The position numbers and the translations under genes were made by a program. Below the pieces are notes generated by a model that searched no databases, had not been told where the DNA came from, and was given only the letters and a program-made list of their open reading frames with translations. Positions 40,734-51,600 of a stretch of 64,000 bases of DNA are shown here, in pieces (position 1 is the stretch's first letter; each line of letters begins with the position of its first letter). Source of the DNA: Trueperaceae bacterium (GTDB lineage: Bacteria; Deinococcota; Deinococci; Deinococcales; Trueperaceae); the NCBI GenBank assembly GCA_965213705.1, contig OZ243913.1, positions 1,792,001 to 1,856,000 on the forward strand, read 5' to 3'.

Positions 40734-41032
40734 GGTTCCTCCTTGTGAGTCGGGCGGTGGGGGCGGCTCGAGACCGAAAAAGAGACCTCTAGCGGCTGCT
40801 GCAGTCGACGCCTAAAGCCTGCACGACGTTCACATCCTCCCTTGCTGGCTCGGCCCCGCTCCGGGTCGGTACGAATGAGACTTGACAACCCCCGCAAGAG
40901 CCGTCGAGCACCGTTTTTGTCGACTGGCACTCACGCTAAACCACGTAAGCTCGAGCTGTCAAGACAGGTCTGCGACGCCCGGGCGTCGCAGACCTCTTCT
41001 GTCCACTGTTCGGCCTCCGTTGTCCAACCTCC

Positions 41033-41722
41033 TCAGTCGCCCGCCTGCTGCAGCGCGGGGCTGCTACCTTCTTGTACGTCGTGCGCAGGTTGCCACAAAT
41101 AGGCCGCCGCGAGCGCCGCGACGGCTGCGCCGACGATGGGCGCGAACCAGTACAGCCAGTGCTGTGACCACTCGCCCGAAAACAAGGCCGGGGCGAAGCT
41201 GCGGGCCGGGTTCATCGAAGCACCGGTCATGGCGCCCCCGGCAACCGCGCCGAGCGTTACCGTAAAGCCGATGTAAACCCCGGCCAAAGCCTGTTTCTGG
41301 ATGACGCAAGCAGCGATGACGAACATCAGAAAGAACGTCAGGATAGTTTCTATTGCCGCGCCCTGTACAGGGGACACGCCGGGCGCAAGGAGGGTCGCAC
41401 CGTAGGCCACGGGCTCGAGCCTCGCCGCGCCGTAGAAGGCTTGCAGGGCGAGCAGGGCGGCCGTCGCGCCCGCTAGCTCCGCACTCCAGTACAGCAGCAA
41501 CTCGCTAAAGGTGATGCGCCGCAGCACGAAAAAGCCCACCGTCACGGCGGGGTTGAAGTGGGCGAAGGAAAGCGCGCCCACGGCGGCAATCATCACGGCG
41601 ACCGTCAGGCCGAAGGCGAAAGCCACGGCGAGACCGCTCGCCCCGGAGGCCATAGCACCGACGCCCACGAACAGCAGGGCGAAGGTGCCGATAAACTCTG
41701 CCAACCAAACGCGACGGTTCAC
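41033..41722 (-). CDS. MIP/aquaporin family channel in ars operon
   Basis: AEFIGTF, HFNPAVT, GASMNPARS. Confidence 0.92.
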   Translation of the reverse strand: MNRRVWLAEFIGTFALLFVGVGAMASGASGLAVAFAFGLTVAVMIAAVGALSFAHFNPAVTVGFFVLRRITFSELLLYWSAELAGATAALLALQAFYGAARLEPVAYGATLLAPGVSPVQGAAIETILTFFLMFVIAACVIQKQALAGVYIGFTVTLGAVAGGAMTGASMNPARSFAPALFSGEWSQHWLYWFAPIVGAAVAALAAAYLWQPAHDVQEGSSPALQQAGD

Positions 41723-42168
41723 GCCGGGACGTGGGCCGTGAGCGCTTCTTCGGTGGGCGTGTTGCCTGCTTGCAGGGTTTCGACCAAGCGTCGGCAGGTC
41801 ACGCCTACCGCGTCGCGCACCTCGCGCCAGGTCTCGAGCGGCTTTCCTGTAGGGTCGGGAAAAGACACGTGCAGGCGGGTGGTTTGGGCCGGGTAGGCGG
41901 GGCAGGCTTCGTTGGCGCTGTCGCACACCGTCAGCACCACGTCGAACCACAGGTCGGGCAGCTCGAAGAGCGTTTTAGAGGTGTGGCCGGAGAGACTGAT
42001 GCCGACTTCTTGCATCACGGTCACGGCCTCCGGTTTCACAAAAGTTTTTTCAATGCCAGCCGAGAATACCTCAGCCTCTAAGCCAAGCTCGGCAGCGTGG
42101 TGGTTCAGCCAGCCCTCCGCCATCTGGCTACGGGCCGAGTTGTGAGTGCAGAGAACGAGTAACCTCAC
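41719..42168 (-). CDS. arsC: Arsenate reductase (LMW-PTP fold, thioredoxin type)
   Basis: CTHNSARSQMAEG; VLTVCDSANEACP; FPDP. Confidence 0.9.
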   Translation of the reverse strand: MRLLVLCTHNSARSQMAEGWLNHHAAELGLEAEVFSAGIEKTFVKPEAVTVMQEVGISLSGHTSKTLFELPDLWFDVVLTVCDSANEACPAYPAQTTRLHVSFPDPTGKPLETWREVRDAVGVTCRRLVETLQAGNTPTEEALTAHVPA

Positions 42169-42599
42169 AGCAACGGTTTCCGAAAAGCCTGCGCCGAGGC
42201 CGGGCACGCCCCACGCAGCTCGGCCGAAGCACTCAATTCAGCGGGTAGGTCGGTGCGCCCTACAGGTGTGAAGCCGTATCGGGTCAGCAACTCGGGAATG
42301 GTGGTGGTGAGGCCGAAAACGGCGCGAAGGCCGCGACGACGCGCTTCTTCTTCTGCGAACGCAAGCAGGGTGCGGCCGTAGCCCTTGCTCCGCGCCTCGG
42401 ACTTCACGGTCAAGGAGCGAAGCAAGGCGTAAGGGTCTCGCACTTCGAGCCCTACCACGCCAAAAAGGTCACCCTTTTCTTCTAAGACGAACAGCTCGGT
42501 ATCCTCGAGACCGGCTACGGGCAGCTCGGACCGCTCGAGCATCGCCGTCAACTCAGCTACCTCTTCAGCCATCGCAGGCCTGAGCGCTGCGGTAGTCAC
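42165..42599 (-). CDS. arsN2: Arsenic-resistance N-acetyltransferase ArsN2-like GNAT
   Basis: VVGLE..ALLRSL.V, LTTT, C-terminal CPASA; inside ars operon. Confidence 0.75.
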   Translation of the reverse strand: MTTAALRPAMAEEVAELTAMLERSELPVAGLEDTELFVLEEKGDLFGVVGLEVRDPYALLRSLTVKSEARSKGYGRTLLAFAEEEARRRGLRAVFGLTTTIPELLTRYGFTPVGRTDLPAELSASAELRGACPASAQAFRKPLL

Positions 42600-42916
42600 G
42601 CTCCTACCGCCCGAGTCTGTTCGGCCGCTTGCTTCAAGTCGGTGAGTGCAGAGATGACCTCGGTGAACGCTTCCGGGGCCAGCTCGTAGTACACCCAGCG
42701 CCCGCGCTTCTCGGCAGACACAAAGCCCGCTTCGACGAGTTGCTTCATGTGGTGGCTCACGGTGGGCTGGGTAAGACCCAAGAACGTTTCGAGGTCGCAA
42801 CCGCACACGCCGTCGTCACGGCTGCAACAGCTCTGGACGGGCTCGAGCAAAAAGTCCAGAATCTTGAGGCGGGTAGGGTCGGCCAATACCTTGAGTTCGT
42901 CGGACAAGTCACGCAT
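42596..42916 (-). CDS. arsR: ArsR/SmtB regulator
   Basis: LADPTRLKIL, CC..GVCGCDL, QPTVSHHMKQL, KRGRWVYY. Confidence 0.92.
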   Translation of the reverse strand: MRDLSDELKVLADPTRLKILDFLLEPVQSCCSRDDGVCGCDLETFLGLTQPTVSHHMKQLVEAGFVSAEKRGRWVYYELAPEAFTEVISALTDLKQAAEQTRAVGA

Positions 42917-42952
42917 AGATAGACTTTAATCTATTTATAGACCCTTGTCTAT
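42915..42952. promoter_or_regulatory. Putative ArsR operator palindromes over the -10/start of arsR
   Basis: ATAGAT-N8-ATCTAT 42915-42934; ATAGAC-N4-GTCTAT 42937-42952. Confidence 0.6.
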
Positions 42953-43082
42953 GTGGCGTCTGTGTGGCAAAGTTTTATAGCCCAAAAAGCTTTGCCGTTT
43001 ACTCACGTTTACAATGATAGTGCAGCGCCGCATCGGACCTCAGAGCTTACTTGTACAGTATGTCTATGGACACGGTATCTCT

Positions 43083-43892
43083 ATGAACCTAGCCTTCAAC
43101 GGACGTTTGGCGGTCGTGACCGGGGCGGACTCGGGCATCGGCCTGCGCACGGCGGTAACCCTCGCCGCCGAGGGAGCCAGGGTTTTAATCACCGACCTAA
43201 AACAAGACAAGCTCGACGAAGCCGTAGAAAAAGTCAAACAAGAGGTCGAAGGCGCGGAAGCTTACAGCGTCGCCGCCGACCTGACCGACTTGGCAGACGT
43301 CGCCAAGCTGCTGAGAGCGGCCGACGACCACGGCGGCGCGGCCGTGTTGGCGCACTTGGCCGGCACCCGGGGGGCCGCCGGAGACTTTTTAGAGTTGAGC
43401 GACGAGGGTTGGTTGGAGACCCTGAACGTCGACCTGATGAGCGCGGTGCGGGTGTGCCGCGCTTTTATTCCGGGGATGCTCGAGCGGGGTTACGGCCGAA
43501 TCGTCTTAACCGCGTCGGAAAACGCCGTCCAACCCTACGTCGAAGAAACCCCTTACAACGCGGCCAAGGCGGGCGTCATCAACCTCACCAAAGGTTTGTC
43601 CAAGGCCTACGGGCCGGACGGCGTCCACGTCAACGTCGTCTCGCCGGCCTACGTCAAAACGCCCATGACCGACGCGATGATGGAACAGCGCGCCGAAGAG
43701 CGGGGTGTGAGCGTCGCAGAGGCGGTGGAAAGCTTTTTGGAAGAGGAGCGGCCCGGCATCACCGTGGACCGCCGCGGCAAACCGCAAGAAGTCGCCAACG
43801 TCATCGCTTTCTTGTGCTCCGACTTGGCCTCTTACGTGGACGGCTCGAACTACCGCGTCGACGGTGGCGCGGTGCGGACGGCGTTCGGCTGA
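43083..43892 (+). CDS. SDR family oxidoreductase
   Basis: VTGADSGIG, YNAAK, VNVVSP, VDGG. Confidence 0.92.
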   Translation: MNLAFNGRLAVVTGADSGIGLRTAVTLAAEGARVLITDLKQDKLDEAVEKVKQEVEGAEAYSVAADLTDLADVAKLLRAADDHGGAAVLAHLAGTRGAAGDFLELSDEGWLETLNVDLMSAVRVCRAFIPGMLERGYGRIVLTASENAVQPYVEETPYNAAKAGVINLTKGLSKAYGPDGVHVNVVSPAYVKTPMTDAMMEQRAEERGVSVAEAVESFLEEERPGITVDRRGKPQEVANVIAFLCSDLASYVDGSNYRVDGGAVRTAFG

Positions 43893-44092
43893 ACTGTAGC
43901 CCTTAAACACCCACTTTGGGCGCTCGCTGTGACAGCGAGCGCCCGAACACGTTATGAGCCGCATCCGCACATCACCCGCACAGCCTCGGCACGGGCGGCG
44001 CGCCGTTTGTGCCGGTTCGTCCACGTTTGGCTTTTATTACTGTTGAGTTTTTGGACAAAACGTGTCAGGCGGGGTGGTATGCTCGGGGTTGC

Positions 44093-44485
44093 ATGGCATC
44101 CCCACCTGAAGCTTCCGTTGTTCCCAGCATCCTAGTTGCCGACGACCAAGCCGGTCAGCGCGCCGTTTTGGACATGCTCCTCACCCTGGACGGCTACGAA
44201 GTCGTCGCCACAGAAGACGGCCGTGAAGCGCTGCAGTACCTGCAAAAACACACGCCGAGCCTCATCATCCTGGACGTCAACATGCCTTTTGTCAACGGCG
44301 TCGAGATTTGCAGCCGAATCAAGTCCATCACCCGTCTTAAAAACGTGCCGGTCATCATCCTGACGGCCGCCAAAGAAGAGCGTGTCCTGACCGAAGCCAA
44401 GCTCGCCAAGGCCGACCTGGTCCTGAGCAAACCCTTGGAGGGTAAAAACTTCCGCGCGATGGTCAGGGACCTGTTGGAGATTTGA
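44093..44485 (+). CDS. Single-domain response regulator (receiver)
   Basis: ILVADD, IILDVNMP..NG, IILTA, SKP. Confidence 0.9.
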   Translation: MASPPEASVVPSILVADDQAGQRAVLDMLLTLDGYEVVATEDGREALQYLQKHTPSLIILDVNMPFVNGVEICSRIKSITRLKNVPVIILTAAKEERVLTEAKLAKADLVLSKPLEGKNFRAMVRDLLEI

Positions 44486-44501
44486 GCGCGCCTCAACCAA
44501 G

Positions 44502-45314
44502 TTAAAACCCGGCTGAGCTGTCGGGCAATTCTCGGCGTTGCCGCAGCGCTTCGTAAACGAGCAGCGCGCCCGCGACCGACACGTTGAGGCTGTCAGCAAG
44601 TCCGTGCATCGGAATCGACACCTCCGCGCTCGCCGCGCCGCGCCAGTCCGGCCCGAGCCCGGCGTGTTCGGTACCCAGAACGATGGCGACCCCGCCCCGG
44701 TAATCCTCGGCCCAGTAGGTGCGCGCGGCGTCCGGCGTGGCGGCGACGAGCTTGAAGCCTGCGGCCAGCAAGAACTTCAGCAGTTCCCCGGTTTCTACCG
44801 CCACCACCGGACGGCTGAACACGCTGCCCAGGCTCGAGCGAATCGTGTTCGGGTTGTAGAGGTCGGTGCCCGCGCCGGTCACGAACACCGCGCCCAAGTC
44901 CCCAGCGTCCGCGGTGCGCAGCAGCGCGCCCAGGTTGCCCGGCTTCTCGAGGCCGTCGACAACGAGGACGAGTGCGTCGTTGGGCAGCACGAGGGTCTCG
45001 AGGCTCGTCTCTTGCATCCGCGCCACACCGAGGATGCCGTCCGGATTTTGCCGCAGGCTGAGGCGCTTGAAGGCCTCCGGCGACACCTCGGTCTGCGGCA
45101 GCGTGAGGGTGCCGACGAGCGCCCGACCCTCCGGTCTGAGGATTTCGGGGCAGACGAATATTTCCTCGAGCGGTACCCCGGCACTGAGCGCCCGCGTCAC
45201 TTCCCGTGTCCCCTCGACGAGGTAACGCTGACTTGCGTCCCGGTGCCGCCGCTCTTTGAGCCGCGCGAGGTTTTTAATGGTCTGGTTTTTGGGGCTGTCG
45301 ATGCGGGGGGGCAT
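44502..45314 (-). CDS. TrmH/SpoU family RNA methyltransferase
   Basis: EKPGNLGALLRTADA, LGTEHAGL, IPM.G..DSLNVS. Confidence 0.92.
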   Translation of the reverse strand: MPPRIDSPKNQTIKNLARLKERRHRDASQRYLVEGTREVTRALSAGVPLEEIFVCPEILRPEGRALVGTLTLPQTEVSPEAFKRLSLRQNPDGILGVARMQETSLETLVLPNDALVLVVDGLEKPGNLGALLRTADAGDLGAVFVTGAGTDLYNPNTIRSSLGSVFSRPVVAVETGELLKFLLAAGFKLVAATPDAARTYWAEDYRGGVAIVLGTEHAGLGPDWRGAASAEVSIPMHGLADSLNVSVAGALLVYEALRQRRELPDSSAGF

Positions 45315-45512
45315 GGGGTTATTGTAAGCGGGCTCGAGGCGAGACCTAACCTCCTTCGGACTCAAAAGTACTGAGTACCGAGTGGAAAGTACCGAGTAAA
45401 AATACTCTCGACTTGGCTCTCGAGGCTCGGTTCTTTGTGGCCCTAGCTCTCCCGCCGGGCGGCGGGGTAGGCTGGCGGGTGTTGGTTTGAAGACTATTCC
45501 GAGGAGTCAAGC

Positions 45513-46778
45513 GTGCGCACAGCAGGACGCCGCCCGGCGGCGATGATTTTCATTCTCATCACCTTGTTTATCGACGTGTTGGGTTTAGGGCTCATCATCC
45601 CAATTTTGCCCGAGCTTATCAAACAGTTTGTCGGCGGCGACGCTGCGCTCGCGGGGCGTTACTTCGGCGTCATCGCCTCGGTCTACGCGCTCATGCAGTT
45701 TTTCTTCGCGCCGGTGCTGGGCGCGCTGTCCGACCGGTTCGGGCGGCGGCCGGTCATCTTGCTGTCGCTGTTCGGTTTGGGCGTCGACTACCTTATTCAA
45801 GGCTTTGCGCCCACCATCGGCTGGCTGTTCGTGGGGCGCGTCGTCGCGGGGATTATGGGGGCGAGCTTTACCACCGCCAACGCCTACATCGCCGACGTGT
45901 CGACGCCGGAGACGCGGGCGCAGAACTTCGGACTCGTCGGCGTGGCCTTCGGGCTCGGGTTTATCGTCGGGCCGGCTTTGGGCGGCGTGTTGGGGGGCAT
46001 CAGTATCCGGCTGCCCTTTTTCGTGGCGGCGGGCTTGGCGCTGCTGAACTGGCTGTACGGCTTTTTCGTGCTGCCCGAATCGCTTGGGGCGGACAACCGC
46101 AGCGCTTTTGCGTGGCGCAACGCGAACCCGTTCTCGAGCATCGCCCAACTGCGCGCCTACCCGCTGGTGGCGGGGTTGGCGGCGGCCTTCGTGTTCGTGT
46201 CGTTGGCGCAACGGGGGCTCGAGACGACGTGGGTGCTCTACACCGGCTACCGCTTCGGTTGGGGTGAGACGACGAACGGCCTCACCCTGGCGCTGGTCGG
46301 CGTGACGGCGGTGGTCGTGCAGGGGTTTTTGATTCGCCCGGCCATCGCCCGCTTCGGCGAGCGCCGCACGATTCTGTTCGGCTTGAGCGTGTCGGTGCTG
46401 ACCTTTTTGTGCTACGGCCTCGCGTACCAGGGTTGGATGATGGTCGCGACCATCATCTTCGGCTCGCTCAGCGGGGTGGCGGGTCCGGCGATTCAGGGCC
46501 TCGTCGCGGGCTCGGTGGGCGCGGCCGAGCAGGGCAAGGTGCAGGGCGCGCTGACCTCGCTCATCAGCTTGACGAGCATCTTCGCGCCGCTCCTTTTTAC
46601 GGCGGGTCTGTTTGGCTACTTCACCTCCGCGGCCGCACCCGTCACGCTGCCCGGTGCGCCGTTTTTCCTCGGCTCGGCGCTGTTCGCCGTGGCGCTGTGG
46701 GTTGTCGCGCGCTTGTTCAAACGGCTGCCGCCGGTCGCGCTGACCGAGCCTATAGACATGGCTGAGCCTGTAAGCTAG
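45513..46778 (+). CDS. TCR/Tet-family MFS transporter
   Basis: GLGLIIPILP, GALSDRFGRRP motif A, GFIVGPALGG, EQGKVQG. Confidence 0.9.
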   Translation: MRTAGRRPAAMIFILITLFIDVLGLGLIIPILPELIKQFVGGDAALAGRYFGVIASVYALMQFFFAPVLGALSDRFGRRPVILLSLFGLGVDYLIQGFAPTIGWLFVGRVVAGIMGASFTTANAYIADVSTPETRAQNFGLVGVAFGLGFIVGPALGGVLGGISIRLPFFVAAGLALLNWLYGFFVLPESLGADNRSAFAWRNANPFSSIAQLRAYPLVAGLAAAFVFVSLAQRGLETTWVLYTGYRFGWGETTNGLTLALVGVTAVVVQGFLIRPAIARFGERRTILFGLSVSVLTFLCYGLAYQGWMMVATIIFGSLSGVAGPAIQGLVAGSVGAAEQGKVQGALTSLISLTSIFAPLLFTAGLFGYFTSAAAPVTLPGAPFFLGSALFAVALWVVARLFKRLPPVALTEPIDMAEPVS

Positions 46779-46794
46779 TTAGGAAAGGAGACCC

Positions 46795-47637
46795 ATGTCC
46801 AACCTCATAGACGCTCAAACCCTACACGACCGCTTAAAAGACGAGAACTTGCGCGTCGTCGACACGCGCTTCGCCCTCCAGGCCCCCGACGCGGGCCGCG
46901 AGGCCTACGCCTACGCCCACCTGCCCGGCGCGGTTTACTTCGACCTCGACAAGGACCTGTCCAGCCCGCCGCAACAGCACGGCGGCCGGCACCCGCTGCC
47001 CGACATGGCGGCGTTTGCGGATAGGTTGGCGGCGGCGGGGGTTTCGAACTCGAGCTTCGTGGTTGTCTACGACGACCAGGCGAACGTGTTCGCCGGGCGG
47101 CTGTGGTGGCTGTTGCGCTACGCAGGACACGATAGGGTCGCCGTTTTGGACGGCGGGCTGTCGGCCTGGACGGAGGCCGGTTTTGAAACGACGAGTGAAG
47201 TTTCTAATTATGAAAAAGGCGTCTTCACCCTCGACCTGCGCCCCGAAATGCTCGCCGACATGGACTTTGTCAGGCGCAACTTGGACAACCCGAACGTCCT
47301 CTTGGTCGACGCGCGCGGCGCGGACCGTTACCGGGGCGAGGGTGAGACGATGGACCCCAAGGGCGGCCACATTCCCGGCGCGCTGAGTTTGCCCTACACC
47401 GACAACTTAGACGGTAAACGCTACAAGCCCGCTGCAGACTTAAAAACAAAGTTTGAGGACTTGGGTTTAACCGAAGCCGACGAGGTCGTTGTCTACTGCG
47501 GCTCCGGCGTGAGTGCCAGTCACGACCTCATCGCTCTGGAAGAGGCGGGCGTCAAAAACGCCAAGCTTTACGTCGGCTCGTGGAGCGACTGGAGCAGCTA
47601 CCCGCACAACCCGGTGGCGGTGGGAGAAGAGCCCTAG
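46795..47637 (+). CDS. Sulfurtransferase (tandem rhodanese, SseA-like)
   Basis: HLPGAV, GRHPLP, GHIPGA, YCGSGVSA, LYVGSWSDW. Confidence 0.92.
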   Translation: MSNLIDAQTLHDRLKDENLRVVDTRFALQAPDAGREAYAYAHLPGAVYFDLDKDLSSPPQQHGGRHPLPDMAAFADRLAAAGVSNSSFVVVYDDQANVFAGRLWWLLRYAGHDRVAVLDGGLSAWTEAGFETTSEVSNYEKGVFTLDLRPEMLADMDFVRRNLDNPNVLLVDARGADRYRGEGETMDPKGGHIPGALSLPYTDNLDGKRYKPAADLKTKFEDLGLTEADEVVVYCGSGVSASHDLIALEEAGVKNAKLYVGSWSDWSSYPHNPVAVGEEP

Positions 47638-47652
47638 CGAGCGTCGGCATTT

Positions 47653-47699
47653 GATGTAGGGCAGCGCTGCGCAAATTTTGTCCCGCGCTGCCCTACATC
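47653..47699. repeat. GTAG-type REP-like hairpin
   Basis: GATGTAGGGCAGCGC...GCGCTGCCCTACATC 15-bp arms. Confidence 0.7.
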
Positions 47700-47850
47700 G
47701 TCCGGCTAATTTCTTTTGGTAGGGTCTGAAGCTCGACCGCTCGAGTGCCCATACGGACTCAGGGACTCGACCGGGCTGCCCCTTCTGGGCGTGCCCGACA
47801 AAGTAAGGCGCTTTTCCCGGTCGGTTTTTTGTAGTGCTATACTGCTCGCG

Positions 47851-48177
47851 ATGAAAGAGACGTTTTTGAACTGCCCGGCCTACGAAGCCATTCAGTTGTT
47901 GCAGGAGAAATGGGTCCTTCACATCGTTCGGGCACTTTTGAGCGGACCCAAAGGGTTCAACGAACTAAGCCGTGAGGTCGGCGGCTGCAACCCGACGACG
48001 CTGACGCAGCGGCTCGACAAGCTCGAGACCCTGGGACTCGTCGACAAAACCGTGTGCTCGACCATGCCTCCCAAAAGCAGTTACTGTCTTACCGAGGCGG
48101 GCGAGGCGTTGCAGAGCGTCATCAACGCCATTCACGACTGGGCCGTCGAACACGTACAGGTCCCCGCTACCGCCTAG
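47851..48177 (+). CDS. HxlR family winged-helix regulator
   Basis: CP....QLLQEKW, FNEL, LTQRL..LE, PP...Y.LT..G. Confidence 0.9.
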   Translation: MKETFLNCPAYEAIQLLQEKWVLHIVRALLSGPKGFNELSREVGGCNPTTLTQRLDKLETLGLVDKTVCSTMPPKSSYCLTEAGEALQSVINAIHDWAVEHVQVPATA

Positions 48178-48616
48178 AGCCGTTTTCGAAAATTACCTTT
48201 TCACACAAAAACTAGTCGGACCACCGGCGGGCCGACCTGTGCAGCCGTGTACCGGCCCTTGCCTACCCGGCCGCTCTCCACTTTTCTCCGCACTGTCGGA
48301 AAGCCTGACAGCTCTTCAATCCGCGCCAAACAAATACTGAGTCCTGAAGGCTCATGCGTGAGAACAAGTCGAACTGTTTAGGCGTCCCGGTTCGGGCATT
48401 TCGGCGACAAACGCCGCAAAACAAACGCTGTAAAACGTGTCTTTTCGCTGCAAGTTGAAGTTGCACGTTGCCCATTACCTCGTAAAGTTTTTGACTCGTG
48501 TGACGAATGTGGATTTCGGTATAGACAAAACTTTTTATACTCGGAAGTGAGTGCGAGTAGTTTTACGGCTCACGGGGGATAGCGGCATTTTTTTGCGTCC
48601 TGGTGGAGGAGTTGCT

Positions 48617-51600
48617 ATGGGTGGACAGGGGAGACGGGGTAGGTACGTCGTATTTTTGGTGTTGGCGCTGAGTCTCAGCGCTTGCTTCCGGTCACCGGCA
48701 CCGGAACCGTTGGCACCGCTGGCCGGCTCGAGCGGTCTCGTGTTGGAAAACTTAGACGGCGTGCCTTTCAACGACCGGCTGGTGTTCAGCCGCATCAGCG
48801 GCGGCGTCACTACGCACAAGGTTCACGACCTGGTCACGCTGCGGCTCCGCAACACCAGCGCGGCGAGCATCAAGGTTAACAGCCTCACCATCAGCGACAC
48901 GACCGAGTTCGTCCTGCCAAACAACGAGACGAGTCTCACGGTTGCCGCTGGAGCGTTTTACGACCTACAAGTCAGGTTCGTCGAGAGTTCCGGCAGCCGG
49001 GGCGTGCGGCTGCAAACCCTGACCTTAGACACGAACGACCCGGTCCAGCCCAGCCAAACCGTCCAGCTGGCCGGGGCTTTCATGACGCGGCCCGAGGGCG
49101 ACTACGAGGTCAGCCTTCAACAAATCGCCGACGCCTTTGGGTACAAAATCAACACCGGGCAGCCTTTGCTTCACAACGACGCCGAACTCAGGGGCGACGA
49201 GGTGCGCTCGAACTTCTGGAAGCGGGCCGACCCCGCCAAGGCGGTTTACGTAAGGCAGCTGGCAGCTTTTCACGGCTGCTGCAGCGCCGAAGACACTATC
49301 CAGATTACCGGCGCGGGCGGGGGGTCGTTCAAACACGCGGGTGCTTACGGCCAGTCGCTGCTGCCCCTCAAGGCGGGTTCCTCGGGACCCGCCGAGATGA
49401 CCGTCAACCCTACAGGAACTTTCGAAGTCAAAGTCGCGGGCTACAGCAGCAACGTCAACAACACTTCAAACAACGGCTTTTTGAGCGTGCGTTTTTGGCC
49501 GGTCAAGGACCGCTCCGGCGCGCCGGTACCCGGAAGTTACTTCGCAGTTCAAGACTTCGTGCAAAACGGTTGCGGCAGCGGCAGCGCCAACTGTGACTAC
49601 AACGACAACGTCTACCTTGTTACCAACATCGCGCCCGTCACCCCGACGAGTTACCGCCTCAACGTGGGCGGCCCGGCTTACACGGACAAGGCGGGCAACC
49701 TTTACGCCGCCGACACAGGTCTTTTCAGACCCTCGAGCGCCCCCGCCGAACCGGCGGCGGGACCGTCTACTCGGGCCATCGCCGACACCGAAGACGACAC
49801 GCTGTACCAAACCTACCGGGCCTTCTTGCCGAACACGGCGCAAGACAACCGCAAGCTCAGCTACAACCTGTCCGTGCCGCCGGGGGTCTACGACCTGCGC
49901 TTGCACTTCGCCGAACTCTACTGGGACGCGCCCGGCAAACGCGTTTTCGACGTCATTGTCGAGGACAAGACCCTGCTCGACAACTTCGACATTCTCGCCC
50001 AGACGAGCAAGTTTTCCGCGCTGGTGAAAACTTTTCCGAACATCAGCGTCAACGGTGGCACCCTTACGGTTACCTTGAAAGCGGAAGCCGACTACGGCGC
50101 TGTTTCTGCGATAGAGGTTGTGCCGTCCGGCACCGCCAACTTGCCGTCGCCCCGCGTGACCGGCACCGCGCCCGCGAGCGGCGCGACGAACGTGTTCAGA
50201 AACACGGCCGTCGCCGTGGACGTCGAGCTGCCCAACTTGGGAGCCGGGGTCGACGAAACGACGCTGAATACCGCGACGGTCAAGCTGTTTAAAACGAGCG
50301 GCGGGGCCTCCGTACCCGGCACCGTCAACACCACGGGCGGCAACGACGCCATCGTCTACCAGCCGAGCGTGCTGCTCGAGCCCGGCACCGGTTACACGTT
50401 TCAAGTGACCAGCGGCGTAAAAGACCAGGCGGGCGCGGCCTTTACGCCCTACACCATGAGTTTCACGACCGGCACCCAGACGAGCGTCAAAATGGACCCG
50501 AACGTGAACTTTACCAAGACGTCCGTGTTCAGCGGCAGCGCCATTTCAACCCTCGTCATCGGCCCCGACGGCAAGCTCTACGGCGCAGGCTTGGACGGCG
50601 TCGTTCACCGCTGGCAAATCGACGGCAACGGTCAACTCAAAGGCGAGCAAACCTTCCGCGGCTTGGCCGGCAAAGCCGTCGTCGGCGTAGCTTTCAATCC
50701 CAACGACACCAAAGAGATGTACCTGTGGACCACGGCCAACGAGCCGCTCTACCCGCAGCCCGCCCCGGACTTTTCGGGCAAGCTCTACAAGCTGCGCTTG
50801 CGCGGCATCAACTTCGTCGACTCCGACCTGCAGCTCTACATCACCGGTTTACCGCGCTCGGCCAAAGACCACCTCAGCAACAGCCTCGCCTTCGGCCCCG
50901 ACGGCTTGCTCTACATGAACCAGGGCGGCAACACGGCGATGGGCGCACCCGACAGCGCCTGGTACAACCGGCCGGAGCGCTTGTTGAGCGCCGCCGTGCT
51001 GCAAATCGACCCGCGCCGGACCACCGGGTTGCCCATCAACGTGCAGACCGAACCCTGCGACGAACACTGTCAGGGCACCGGCACCAGCGGCAACTACAAC
51101 CCCTACGCCGCGGACGCGCCGGTCAAGATTTACGCCTCGGGCGTGCGCAACGCTTACGACCTCGTGTGGCACTCGAACGGTAAACTCTACGTGCCCACCA
51201 ACGGCAGCGCCGCGGGCGGCAACACCCCCGACAACCCGGCGACGCCGCAAAACGAGGCGCTGTTCAACGTCGCCACGCAAGACGACTACCTGTTCAAGGT
51301 AGAGCCCGGCGGCTACTACGGCCACCCCAACCCCAAACGCCGCGAGTACGTCATGAACGGCGGCAACCCGACGGCTAGCGCCGACCCGGCCGAGGTCGTT
51401 GCGACGGGCGTTTACGCGGGCTACCCGGTCGGCACGCAGCCCGAGTCCAAATATCGCGGCTTCACCTACAACTTCGGCCGCAACCGCTCGCCCAACGGGG
51501 TGCTCGAGTACAAAAGCAACGCCTTCGGCGGCAAGCTGAAGGGCAAGCTCTTAGTGGTCGAGTACAGCGCCGGGGACGACATTTTAGCGTTGCCGCTCAG

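Noticed and set aside
45513..46778. Acquired tetracycline resistance gene
   Set aside because: Generic TCR-family MFS with host-like composition, no adjacent tetR or mobile element; substrate cannot be assigned.
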